A stretch of 64,000 nucleotides of DNA from Bdellovibrionales bacterium (GTDB lineage Bacteria > Bdellovibrionota > Bdellovibrionia > Bdellovibrionales > UBA1609): positions 543,664 through 607,663 of the forward strand of contig OY843585.1 of assembly GCA_963692945.1 (NCBI GenBank), given 5' to 3'. Within the stretch, counting starts at the first letter, position 1; each line of letters starts with the position of its first letter. Positions 53,553-63,162 of the stretch are shown in pieces. The position numbers and the translations under genes were made by a program. Below the pieces are notes generated by a model, which searched no databases, was not told where the DNA came from, and was given only the letters and a program-made list of their open reading frames with translations.

Positions 53553-54650
53553 TCAAACTTGAAAAAGAAAGTGTATAACATCACCATCTTGCACTGGATA
53601 GTTTTTTCCTTCGGAAGTAATCAATCCTGAGTTTTTTAAATCTTTTTCTGTTTTGTGTTTAAATAAATTTTCACAAGAGTAAACTTCAGCTCTTATGAAT
53701 CCTTTTTCAAAATCCGTATGAATCACACCAGCAGCTTGAGGAGCTAAAGAGCCTTTAGGAATCGTCCAAGCTCGGACTTCTTTTTCTCCTGCTGTAAAAA
53801 AAGTAATGAGATTGAGTTGTTCATAAACTTTTCGTATCACACGATTCAAAGAAGGCTCTTCTAAACCCATAGAAGATAAAAATTCTTTTTTTTCTTCTGG
53901 ACTCCATCCTGTCATTTCAGCTTCCAAAGCACAGGAGATGCTTATCACTTCTTCTTTTTTTCCACATATTTCTTTAATAAGTTTTTCAGAGGGATTGTCT
54001 TTTTTAAAGGAGCCTTCACTTTGATTACAGATATAAAGAATGGGTTTTAAACTGATAAAACTCAAAGGTTTTATGTATTGCAATTCTTTTTCAGACCACT
54101 CCTGAGAACGAAGAGCTTGATTGGCTTTAAGTGATTCTAAAACTTTTTTTAAAACTTCAGATTCTTCTTTTAAAAGTTTATCTCCAGTTGTTTGTGCAGT
54201 CTTATTGATTTTTTGAAATCTTTTATCAGCCACTTCAAGATCTGCTAAAAGAAGTTCTGTGTTTATAACTTCTATATCTCTTTTAGGGTCTGTATCTCCA
54301 TAAACATGAGTGATTTGGTCATCTTCAAAACCTCTTACAACTTGAAGGAGAGAATCGGTTGAGCGGATGTGAGAAAGAAATTGATTGCCGAGCCCTTCTC
54401 CTTGACTTGCTCCTTTCACTAAACCTGCAATATCTACAAACTCTAAAACTGTTGGAATAATTTGTTTTGGTTTAATCAAAGAGCTGATTTGATCCAATCT
54501 AGTATCAGGAACAATCACACGACCAAGATTGGGTTCTATAGTGCAAAAAGGATAGTTGGCTGCTTCGGCTGTTTGAGAATTTGTTAAAGCATTAAAAATA
54601 GTGCTTTTACCTGCATTCGGTAAGCCAACAATTCCACATTTTAAACCCAT
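53553..54650 (-). CDS. ychF: Ribosome-binding ATPase YchF
   Basis: 365 aa. GLPNAGKST and DIAGLV motifs, conserved C-terminal domain. Confidence 0.95.
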   Translation of the reverse strand: MGLKCGIVGLPNAGKSTIFNALTNSQTAEAANYPFCTIEPNLGRVIVPDTRLDQISSLIKPKQIIPTVLEFVDIAGLVKGASQGEGLGNQFLSHIRSTDSLLQVVRGFEDDQITHVYGDTDPKRDIEVINTELLLADLEVADKRFQKINKTAQTTGDKLLKEESEVLKKVLESLKANQALRSQEWSEKELQYIKPLSFISLKPILYICNQSEGSFKKDNPSEKLIKEICGKKEEVISISCALEAEMTGWSPEEKKEFLSSMGLEEPSLNRVIRKVYEQLNLITFFTAGEKEVRAWTIPKGSLAPQAAGVIHTDFEKGFIRAEVYSCENLFKHKTEKDLKNSGLITSEGKNYPVQDGDVIHFLFQV

Positions 54651-54696
54651 TGTATTTTTTCCTTTAGCTCACAAGACCAGTTAACAATTTACTTGT

Positions 54697-55326
54697 TTAA
54701 TTTTTTTGATTGAATTGATTGCAAGCCTCTTCAAATCCTTTTTCTATAAAGCCTAAGACAGCCTCTTTGGCTTGACTTAAAAATTTGGGAATTTGTTCCA
54801 TTTCTTTTTTGTTAAAAGGGGATAGAACAAATTCTGATGTAGGAGATGTATTCAGGTTGAAGGGATTAAAATGATTTTTATTAAAAGATGAGTCAGAACT
54901 GGTATGGGTTTCAGATTTTTCAGTAGGAATAGATTGAATTCCTAATTTTAATCTTGTGTAATTATCTGATTTAAGATGTTCATGAATATTTTTAATTCCA
55001 TTATGTCCACCATGACCTCTAGATTTTTGGAATTTAATACTTAAAAAATTTTGATCTTTATCATCTTGTATAACTAAAATGTTTTCTAAAGGTATTTTAT
55101 AAAAATCAACTATTTCACGAACAGCCTCTCCTGAAAGATTCATAAAGGTTTGGGGTTTCACTAAGAGAACAGTGTGTTGGGACATTTGTGTTTTTTGAAT
55201 GAGACTTTTATATTTCTTTTGAAAAGAATCCGATTCAGAAAGACTATCAATAAGCATGAAACCAATATTGTGGCGAGTGAATAGATATTTGTTTCCAGGA
55301 TTGCCTAAACCAACAATAAGTTTCAT
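54697..55326 (-). CDS. pth: Peptidyl-tRNA hydrolase
   Basis: GLGNPG...TRHNIGF and GHGGHNGIKN motifs, with a low-complexity insertion near the C-terminus. Confidence 0.9.
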   Translation of the reverse strand: MKLIVGLGNPGNKYLFTRHNIGFMLIDSLSESDSFQKKYKSLIQKTQMSQHTVLLVKPQTFMNLSGEAVREIVDFYKIPLENILVIQDDKDQNFLSIKFQKSRGHGGHNGIKNIHEHLKSDNYTRLKLGIQSIPTEKSETHTSSDSSFNKNHFNPFNLNTSPTSEFVLSPFNKKEMEQIPKFLSQAKEAVLGFIEKGFEEACNQFNQKN

Positions 55327-55355
55327 AGATTTATAGAGTCCAAGAAAAACAATAT

Positions 55356-56048
55356 TTATTTTTTAGAAGAATCATCGTCTTTTTTATTAGTTGGAGCAGC
55401 TGGTGTTTCTTGTTCTGATGGAGTTTCTGTTGAAGCTTCGGCTGTTGCTCCTTCTGTAACTTCTGGTTTAACTTCTACTTCTTCTTCTATAGATGCAACG
55501 GTGCAAAGAGTTCTTGTTGGTTTTGTAATAAGTTTTAAATCTTTGGATAATTTTAAATCTGACACATGAAAGTTTTCATTGAGTCCAAGGCTAGAGACAT
55601 CTAACTCTAAAGAAGGAGGAATTTTGTCAGGTAGGCATTCTATCTCAACATTTCTGAGAACTGTATTAAAGACACCACCTTCTTCTTTAACACCTTTTGG
55701 AGTGCCTTTAAAAATGATTTCTACATTAACACGAATCACGGCTTTCATATCCAAAGATAGGAAATCCATATGAATAGGAAAGCGATTGATTTTATGAATG
55801 CTTATGTCTTTTCTGATAACTTTTAGTCCATTTAAATTTTTGTCTTTTGATTGAAGAGTGAAAATTTTATTGTCATATTCTTTTTTATAAAACTTATCAG
55901 CTAATTTTTTATCTAGTGCAAAAGCTAAGTTTTTTTGTTTAGGTCCATAAACAATAGCTGGAATTTGTTTTGATTTACGTAATTGTTTATTTTGCTTTCC
56001 ACGAGTTGTTCGGGGTGTAACAGCAATAACTAATTCCTTAAGATCCAT
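55356..56048 (-). CDS. rplY: Ribosomal protein L25 (Ctc/general-stress form)
   Basis: 230 aa. RKSKQIPAIVYG motif and an acidic C-terminal tail. Sits in the conserved prs-ctc-pth context. Confidence 0.85.
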   Translation of the reverse strand: MDLKELVIAVTPRTTRGKQNKQLRKSKQIPAIVYGPKQKNLAFALDKKLADKFYKKEYDNKIFTLQSKDKNLNGLKVIRKDISIHKINRFPIHMDFLSLDMKAVIRVNVEIIFKGTPKGVKEEGGVFNTVLRNVEIECLPDKIPPSLELDVSSLGLNENFHVSDLKLSKDLKLITKPTRTLCTVASIEEEVEVKPEVTEGATAEASTETPSEQETPAAPTNKKDDDSSKK

Positions 56049-56134
56049 TGTTCATCTCCTTTTTTGTATCTTTTACTCTTTTTTTTGAAATTTAACAAGT
56101 TTTGATGGCTAGATTTCAAAAAAGACAAAATTTT

Positions 56135-57070
56135 TTACTTAAATAAAGTGCTAATTGAGCTTTTATTTGAGATTCTTTTGATCGCTTCTGCTACAAGAGG
56201 GGCTATACTGACAGATTGGATTTTTTTGCAGTTTAATGCTTCTTTAGAAAGAGGGATTGTATTGGTTACAAGAACTTTTTTTATTGGGCTTTTTTCAATG
56301 TATTCTATAGCGGGTCCTGAAAAAACAGGATGAGTGGCAATGGCCATAACTTCCTTAGCCCCACATTCCAATAATTTTAAAGAGGCTTCACAAAGGGTTC
56401 CTCCTGTATCAATCATGTCATCTAAAATGATCGCTGTTTTACCCTTAACTTCTCCCACTAAGTGCATTGCTTTTGCTTTGTTGGTTCCCACCCTTCTTTT
56501 ATCAATCATGGCTATATTAGAACCTTTAATTTTTTTGGCAAAATAACGAGCTCTTTCCATACCTCCTGCATCGGGGCTTACAATGGTGACTTCTTGATTT
56601 TTATGTTCTGCTAACCAAGCTTCTGCTAGGGTAGGGCTTGCAAAAAGATTATCCACAGGCATATTGAAAAAACCTTGTATTTGAGCCGCATGTAAGTCCA
56701 TAACGAGAAGGCGATGAGCTCCTGCTACAGAACACATGTCCGCCATACATTTTGCAGAGATAGGAACACGGGGTGCCGACTTTCTATCTTGTCTGGAGTA
56801 GCCATAATAAGGCATAACAAGGGTTATTTCAGAAGCAGAGGCTCTTTTTAGAGCATCTAAAATCAGAAAAAGTTCCATATAGTTTTCATTCACTGGACGG
56901 CAAGTGCTTTGAATAACAAAAACATTAGAACCTCTTATATTGTCTTCAATTTCTACAAAAATTTCGCCATCGGCAAAACGAGAAATCTTTAGATTTCCAA
57001 GTTTGTTGTTGGTATAAAAAGCAACAGATTCAGCAAAAGAAGGGTTTGAAGTTCCAGAAAATATTTTCAT
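56135..57070 (-). CDS. prs: Ribose-phosphate pyrophosphokinase
   Basis: 311 aa. YYGYSRQDRK and the PRPP loop ILDDMIDTGGT. Confidence 0.95.
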   Translation of the reverse strand: MKIFSGTSNPSFAESVAFYTNNKLGNLKISRFADGEIFVEIEDNIRGSNVFVIQSTCRPVNENYMELFLILDALKRASASEITLVMPYYGYSRQDRKSAPRVPISAKCMADMCSVAGAHRLLVMDLHAAQIQGFFNMPVDNLFASPTLAEAWLAEHKNQEVTIVSPDAGGMERARYFAKKIKGSNIAMIDKRRVGTNKAKAMHLVGEVKGKTAIILDDMIDTGGTLCEASLKLLECGAKEVMAIATHPVFSGPAIEYIEKSPIKKVLVTNTIPLSKEALNCKKIQSVSIAPLVAEAIKRISNKSSISTLFK

Positions 57071-57140
57071 TTTTATAAATCCTTTTTCTTTTTAGGCTTC
57101 TTCTTTTCATACAATAATTTTTTTGAGATGTCTATTTTAT

Positions 57141-57266
57141 AAAACTCTAGTTCAGGCTCTAATACCCTTTTCTTTTTAGGAGATTTTCGTCGTGAGAGGG
57201 ATACTCCTCAAACACCTAAAAAGAAAAGGATTCTTACTTAGTGAGCTAGAGAAAACCTACTGGTTT
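57141..57266. repeat. Copy G of the modular repeat (TIR + H2 hairpin + S-module)
   Basis: AAAACTCTAGTTC, the hairpin ccttttctttttagg / cctaaaaagaaaagg, then GAGCTAGAGAAAACCTACTGGTTTTT abutting the rdgB stop. Confidence 0.9.
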
Positions 57267-57899
57267 TTAGGTATTCAGAGAGAGGGATTTTTTTAGTTTT
57301 TCTAAAACTTGCGTTCTATGTGAAATTTTTTCTTTAAACTCTGGAGTCAGTTCTCCAAAACTTCGTGTTTCTCCCTCAGGAATAAACAGAGGATCATAAC
57401 CAAATCCGTTTGCTCCTCTTTCCTCAAAACCTATTGAACCTCTACATACACCTTGAAAAAACAATTTATTACCACTAGGAGAAAGACAAGATTAACTTGA
57501 GATGTAAAGAGCACAAATGTATTGTGCTTTTCTAGATTTTTTACCTTTTAAATTATGGAGTAAAAGCTGATTGTTTTTTTGATCTGTCGTCTGTTCCCCT
57601 CCATACCGAGCTGAAAAAATTCCAGGAGCTTTATTTAAAGCTTCCACTTCTAAGCCACTGTCTTCTCCTAAAATCCATATTTCTTTATTGAGAGGATTAT
57701 CCTTTTGATTCAAAAAAGTGAGAAGTTGAAAAGATTTGATTTCAGCATTTTCTTTAAAAGAATTTCCAGTTTCTTCTGGAGGTGTATAATTTTTGAGATC
57801 TTTTAAGCTTTTAAAAATTAAAGAAGGTTGATTTTTAAAAAAAGATTCGATCTCTTTGATTTTATGAGAGTTGGTTGTTGCTAGCCAAAAAATAAGCAT
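57267..57899 (-). pseudogene. rdgB: dITP/XTP pyrophosphatase (RdgB/HAM1) interrupted by one in-frame TAA
   Basis: The two track ORFs are in the same frame, reading ...AQYICALYISS-TAA-SCLSPSGNKLFFQGVCRGSIGFEERGANGFGYDPLFIP. The stop is at 57492-57494. Confidence 0.7.
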
Positions 57900-58624
57900 T
57901 ATTTTTTTTCAAAAAAAGGAGAAATGATTTCTGATTGTTTTTTGAATAACTCCTTACAACCAGATTGAGCAACTTCTATCATATCTGAAAGTTGATTTTG
58001 AGAGAAAGTCTTTTTTTCTGCTGTTCCTTGTATTTCAATGAATTGATTTTCATCCGTCATAACAAAATTCATATCTGTTTCGCAACTTTGATCTTCTTTA
58101 CAATCAAGGTCTAAAAAAATCTTAGAATCTAAAATACCAACACTTACTGCCGATACATAATTTTTTAGTGGAAGTGTTTTTATAAGAGATTTTTTCGTCA
58201 AATGGTTTAAAGCTAAACTAAGAGCTACAAAACCTCCTGTAATAGCTGCTGTTCGTGTTCCTCCATCCGCTTGTAAAACATCGCAATCTACATGTATCAT
58301 TCTTTCCCCTAATTGTGAGAGATCTACAACAGCTCTTAAACTTCGTGCAATAAGGCGAGATATCTCTTGAGAACGACCACTATTAAAACCTCTTTCCCGA
58401 GACATACGGAAATCTCCAGAACGAGGAAGCATTCCATACTCTGCTGTCACCCAACCTTGTCCTGCTTTGTTGAGCCACTTGGGAGTCGTTTCAGAAACAC
58501 TGGCTGTGCAAACAAGATGAGTGTTTCCCATAAAAATTTCTACACTTCCTTCAGCCCACATGTTCACATTTGATTTGATTTGAATATCTCTTAGTTGATT
58601 TGGTTTTCTATTATTGTTTCTCAT
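57899..58624 (-). CDS. rph: Ribonuclease PH
   Basis: 241 aa. RNase PH motifs (ADGGTRTAAITG). Confidence 0.95.
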   Translation of the reverse strand: MRNNNRKPNQLRDIQIKSNVNMWAEGSVEIFMGNTHLVCTASVSETTPKWLNKAGQGWVTAEYGMLPRSGDFRMSRERGFNSGRSQEISRLIARSLRAVVDLSQLGERMIHVDCDVLQADGGTRTAAITGGFVALSLALNHLTKKSLIKTLPLKNYVSAVSVGILDSKIFLDLDCKEDQSCETDMNFVMTDENQFIEIQGTAEKKTFSQNQLSDMIEVAQSGCKELFKKQSEIISPFFEKK

Positions 58625-58637
58625 GTTTTAACTCTTT

Positions 58638-59810
58638 TTATTTGTTTGGGGGTTTATAAATACCTAAACCTTCTGGTTGAGATAAGTCCCCTTTAGGACC
58701 AAAAGATTTTGGTTTTGTTTTTAAAGATTCCAAATCTAGAGAATCTTTTAAGTGTTTTTCTTTGACTGTGGGTATAAAAGGAATATCTAAAGTTTGTGTA
58801 GGAAAGGCGAAAGAAAGATTAAGTTCTTTACTTAATCTCAGTATTTCTAGAAAAATATTTTGTTTTTGTAATAATTCTGCATCCCAATTCGAAACTTTTA
58901 AAAAGAAATTTATAAAAATTTGTAAGCTAGAAGAACTGTAGCCAGAAAAATAAACTTGGTAGGAATCTTTTTTTATATATTTATTAGCTTCTAAAATATT
59001 TTTAACACCCTCTACAAAAGATTCCAGTTCTTCAGGAGCCGTGTCATAAGTGAGGTCTAAAGTGATTTGTGTTCTACGAGATTGTCTGCGACCTAGATTA
59101 TCAACAACAGAACTAGCAACTATAGAGTTAGGAAGAGTGACAATAGAATCATAAAAAGTTTTTATTTGTGTAGAACGAAATCCAATATCTTCTACAGTTC
59201 CTTCTACATCTCCACAGTGAATCCAATCTCCTACAGCAAAAGGTCTATCCATAATAATAGTGAGTCCTCCAAATAAATTGGTTAAAGTTTCTTTCGCTCC
59301 TAAAGCGATAGCCACACCACCAATACCTAAACCAGCAAGAAGAGAAGTTACATTAAATCCAGCATTTTGAAGAATAAAAAGAATAAAGATGAAAGTGATT
59401 GTGAATTTTATTATTTTTTTAGAATAAGGTAAGAGGCTTTTATGAATGGTGTCGCTGTCTTTATTTTTTATTAAAAGTTTTATATAGATTTCTAAAATAT
59501 CTAAAATTTGGTAACAGATGGCGATGAGACAGAAACAAAGAATCACTTGTAGAGTTTGAATTATAAAAGGTATCCAATCGGCTTTAATTGAGAAAAAAGG
59601 TAAGCCGATAAACCAAAATCCACAAAAGATAAGGAGAGCATAAGGAACTTTGGATAAAGATAATAGTTGGTCTTTTAATGGTGGACTTAGTCTTTTGCTG
59701 ATCCTAGAGAAAATGAATTTTATAAGAGGATAGGATGCTCTAGCTAGAAAAATACCAATAAAAAAAAGGACAAAGGGATTATTAAAAAGGGTTAATTGTA
59801 TATCTGGCAT
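58638..59810 (-). CDS. MscS-family mechanosensitive channel
   Basis: TM helices followed by the conserved FAVGDWI...GTVEDIGFRST beta-domain. Start chosen at the ATG overlapping the cysK stop (TAATG). Confidence 0.8.
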   Translation of the reverse strand: MPDIQLTLFNNPFVLFFIGIFLARASYPLIKFIFSRISKRLSPPLKDQLLSLSKVPYALLIFCGFWFIGLPFFSIKADWIPFIIQTLQVILCFCLIAICYQILDILEIYIKLLIKNKDSDTIHKSLLPYSKKIIKFTITFIFILFILQNAGFNVTSLLAGLGIGGVAIALGAKETLTNLFGGLTIIMDRPFAVGDWIHCGDVEGTVEDIGFRSTQIKTFYDSIVTLPNSIVASSVVDNLGRRQSRRTQITLDLTYDTAPEELESFVEGVKNILEANKYIKKDSYQVYFSGYSSSSLQIFINFFLKVSNWDAELLQKQNIFLEILRLSKELNLSFAFPTQTLDIPFIPTVKEKHLKDSLDLESLKTKPKSFGPKGDLSQPEGLGIYKPPNK

Positions 59811-60763
59811 TATGTAAGGAATCCTTTTTGTTCTAACCAAGTTTTATTTAAAAATTTACTCATGTAATTTCTTATGCCGTCAGGAAGTATAACAACGCAG
59901 TTTTGATTTTTTTTAAGATGTTTTGATTCTTGCATGGCTGCCCAAAAAGCAGAGCCACTTGAACCTCCACATAATAGACCTTCTTCTCTAATTAATCTTT
60001 TAGCCATCTTAAAAGAATCTTCATCTGATGTTTTGACCCATTTTGTAATCAAACTTCTATCTAAAACATCAGGTATGAAGTCATAACCAATTCCTTCAAC
60101 TTCATAGTCTTTAATAGGTTCTTCTCCTGCTAAAATAGAACCTATAGGATCCACTCCAATAATTTGACAGTCAGGACATGTTTTTTTTATTTGTTTAGAT
60201 AAACCTGTTAAAGTTCCACCTGTGCCTGCTCCTGCAACAATCATATCCACTTGACCATCTAAATCTTTAAGAATCTCTTTTGCTGTTCCTTCATAATGAG
60301 CCATATAATTTGCAGGATTAGAATATTGGTCTAAAATATAAGATTTTGGTAGTTCTTTTTGTAATTTTTTTGCAACACTGATATGGCTTTCAGGGTCTTT
60401 TGAAGCCGCTTCTGAAGGGGTTCTTATAATTTTAGCTCCTAAAGCAGAAAGTGTGACTTCTTTTTCTTTACTCATTTTTTCAGGCATTACAATAATAACA
60501 GAGTAACCTAAAACAGCTCCTGCTAAAGCAATACCTACACCTGTGTTTCCGCTCGTAGGTTCAATGAGAGTGTCTCCTGGGGAAATAAGATTATCTTCTT
60601 GTGCTTTTTTAACCATATTAAAACCAATACGATCTTTAACAGAACCTCCAGGATTAAAGAACTCACATTTTCCATAAATATTAGCATCCAGATGTTTTGT
60701 TATTTTTTGAATCTTAACAAGAGGAGTATTCCCTATAGTATCTAAAATAGTATTGGCTTTCAT
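59810..60763 (-). CDS. cysK: Cysteine synthase / cystathionine-beta-synthase-family PLP enzyme
   Basis: PLP lysine in NPGGSVKDR. TSGNTG and GTGGT loops. Confidence 0.85.
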   Translation of the reverse strand: MKANTILDTIGNTPLVKIQKITKHLDANIYGKCEFFNPGGSVKDRIGFNMVKKAQEDNLISPGDTLIEPTSGNTGVGIALAGAVLGYSVIIVMPEKMSKEKEVTLSALGAKIIRTPSEAASKDPESHISVAKKLQKELPKSYILDQYSNPANYMAHYEGTAKEILKDLDGQVDMIVAGAGTGGTLTGLSKQIKKTCPDCQIIGVDPIGSILAGEEPIKDYEVEGIGYDFIPDVLDRSLITKWVKTSDEDSFKMAKRLIREEGLLCGGSSGSAFWAAMQESKHLKKNQNCVVILPDGIRNYMSKFLNKTWLEQKGFLT

Positions 60764-60887
60764 AAATTCTTTCTTATGTTTAACTCAAAAAGAGTCTTAC
60801 TTACAATGTTTTTTTAAGATTTTTTGGTTTTCATTAGAGTAAAAAACTATAATTTTTTTCTTGCTTGTTTTTTTGTTTTAGTTCTTA

Positions 60888-61133
60888 ATGTTTTTGATGT
60901 GTCCTTTATCTGGTCTGAAACATAAAAAATATGCCCGTATTGTTGGATTTAGTGATGATCAGCTCATGGCTTCCTGTTGTATAGAGATGGGATTGTGTGA
61001 AAACTCTGTGATTCAAGTTTTAGACAAGCTTCCTTTTGGCGGTAATTTAATTGTGCTTTCTGAAAATGGGAAATACACCCTTAGAAAAAGAGAAGCGGAT
61101 CATATTATGGTTGAAGAAGTTACGAAGCCATGA
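60888..61133 (+). CDS. feoA: FeoA-like small protein
   Basis: 81 aa. Overlaps the feoB start by 4 nt. Confidence 0.7.
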   Translation: MFLMCPLSGLKHKKYARIVGFSDDQLMASCCIEMGLCENSVIQVLDKLPFGGNLIVLSENGKYTLRKREADHIMVEEVTKP

Positions 61134-62998
61134 AAGAGGATGCAAGGCATATTGTTCTTGTTGGTCAACCTAATAGCGGTAAAACAACTCTCTTTAATTG
61201 GTTAACAGGTTTTAAACATCGTGTGATAAATTATCCAGGTTCTACTGTTTTTATATCTTCAGGAAATTTACAAAAAAAATACAACTTACCCGTTGTTTTA
61301 ATAGATACCCCTGGTGTTTACAGTTTATTTCCAAAATCTAAAGATGAAGAAGTGACAAGAGATTATCTTTTTAATAATAAGAATCTTGAAGCTGTTTTAT
61401 TGATTTTAGATGGAAGTAAATTAGAAATACAACTTCCTTTGTTTTTTCAACTTAAAGAAGCAGGGTTTAAAGTTGTTGTGGCTTTAACTATGTGGGACCT
61501 TATCTCTAATGACTCCTTAGATATAGATCAACTTCAAAAGTCATTGGGAGTTCCTGTTGTTCTTATTAATGGATTGATTGGTGGAGGAGTTTATGATTTG
61601 GTAGAGCATTTTCCTACCTTATTGGATTCTAAACCCTCTTCTATTCAAAATCTAAAGCCTTGGTCTGTAAAAGATCTAAATGAATCTGTTGATAAATCAA
61701 GAGGTATTTACTCTTCTATTTCAAAGAAAATGAAACAGAAAAAAACAAATCTATTTATTTCTCAAAAATTTGATAGATTTTTTTTACACCCTAAAGGAGG
61801 GTTGGTTTTGTTTGGAGCGATTATGTTTGCTCTTTTTTCTTCTTTGTTTTGGTTAGCAGATCCTTTTATGGGATATGTGGACAGTGCTTTTTCTTTTCTT
61901 ATAGATAAAACTCATAACTTTAATCCTACGTCTTTAATTATTGATTTTTTAGCCAATGGAATTTTAGCTAGTTTTGGAGCCGTTTTAGTTTTTGTTCCTC
62001 AAATATTCATTTTGTTTTTAGGTATTTCTCTTTTAGAAGATACGGGTTACCTTGCACGAGCTGTTGCTCTTGCCGATGGACCTTTATCTAAAATAGGTTT
62101 GAGTGGTCGTTCTTTTATTCCTTTTTTATCGGGTTATGCTTGTGCTATTCCAGCCATTATGGCGGCTCGGAATCTTTCATCTCCTAGAGAAAAATTAATG
62201 GCTTTTTTTGCCATTCCTTTTATGTCTTGTTCAGCAAGATTGCCGGTTTATGCTTTATTATTAAGTTTTTTGTTTTACGGGCAATCTTCTTGGAAGCCAG
62301 GATTGATTCTAAGTCTCATTTATATAGGTTCTTTTTTATTGGGAATCGTATCCGTTTCTATTTTAAATTTATTTCTTAAATCGGATAAACGAAAAAAACC
62401 CTTTCTATTAGATCTTCCTATTTATAGACGTCCTGTTTGGATAAAAACTTTGCAAAGTTCTTGGAAAAGAACAAAACATTATATTTTTAAGGCAGGTCCT
62501 GCCATTTTTACAGTGGCTTTGATAGTTTGGGTTATGACCAATTTTCCTAGAAACATGGATTGGTCAGAGGTAGAACAAATTCAAAATAGTTATGCAGGGC
62601 AAGTTGGAAAAGTTATAGAACCTGTTTTTGAATTTATGGGAGTGGATTGGAGAGTTGGTGTTGGTCTTATAGCGGCTTTTGCAGCTCGAGAGGTTTTTGT
62701 TTCTTCTCTCGCCCTTGTTTTTAATATTACGAGTGTGAGTGATGAAACTATGACAAGCTCTCTTATAGAGAATATGAAGACAGCTGTTCATTCTAGTGGA
62801 GAGCCTGTGTTTTCTCTGGCAAGTGTTATTGCTTTAATTGTCTTTTTTATGGTTTCTCTTCAGTGTGTTTCTACAACAGCGATTGTTTATAAGGAAAGTA
62901 ACTCCTTAAAACTGGCTTTAACTCAATTGATTAGTCTCAATGTATTGGCTTATGTTTTGGCTTGTTTGAGTTATCAAAGTTTAAAATTTCTTCTGTAA
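61130..62998 (+). CDS. feoB: Ferrous iron transporter FeoB
   Basis: G-domain GQPNSGKTT and DTPG motifs, followed by a polytopic membrane domain. Confidence 0.9.
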   Translation: MKEDARHIVLVGQPNSGKTTLFNWLTGFKHRVINYPGSTVFISSGNLQKKYNLPVVLIDTPGVYSLFPKSKDEEVTRDYLFNNKNLEAVLLILDGSKLEIQLPLFFQLKEAGFKVVVALTMWDLISNDSLDIDQLQKSLGVPVVLINGLIGGGVYDLVEHFPTLLDSKPSSIQNLKPWSVKDLNESVDKSRGIYSSISKKMKQKKTNLFISQKFDRFFLHPKGGLVLFGAIMFALFSSLFWLADPFMGYVDSAFSFLIDKTHNFNPTSLIIDFLANGILASFGAVLVFVPQIFILFLGISLLEDTGYLARAVALADGPLSKIGLSGRSFIPFLSGYACAIPAIMAARNLSSPREKLMAFFAIPFMSCSARLPVYALLLSFLFYGQSSWKPGLILSLIYIGSFLLGIVSVSILNLFLKSDKRKKPFLLDLPIYRRPVWIKTLQSSWKRTKHYIFKAGPAIFTVALIVWVMTNFPRNMDWSEVEQIQNSYAGQVGKVIEPVFEFMGVDWRVGVGLIAAFAAREVFVSSLALVFNITSVSDETMTSSLIENMKTAVHSSGEPVFSLASVIALIVFFMVSLQCVSTTAIVYKESNSLKLALTQLISLNVLAYVLACLSYQSLKFLL

Positions 62999-63162
62999 AT
63001 CAGATTTAAGTTTTTTCTAAAATTTAAGGTAAATAAACACTTTTGTATCACAGAATTTAGGACTTTGTTCTAGATTTTTTTTTATTTATTTTTTTACTAA
63101 AGTTCTTTTATAGGTTCTTCCGATAGTTTTTGTAAGTTTAATTATAAACAAGGAGGAAAATA

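Noticed and set aside
57492-57494. Alternative genetic code or TAA reassignment as an explanation for the in-frame stop in rdgB
   Set aside because: TAA, TAG and TGA all terminate well-conserved genes in this window at the expected positions (for example, tuf and HU end in TGA, the rSAM and membrane-protein ORFs end in TAA, and the ZIP gene ends in TAG). A recoded genome is therefore not supported.
60790-60887. Fur box upstream of feoA
   Set aside because: No convincing match to the GATAATGATAATCATTATC-type consensus was found by eye.
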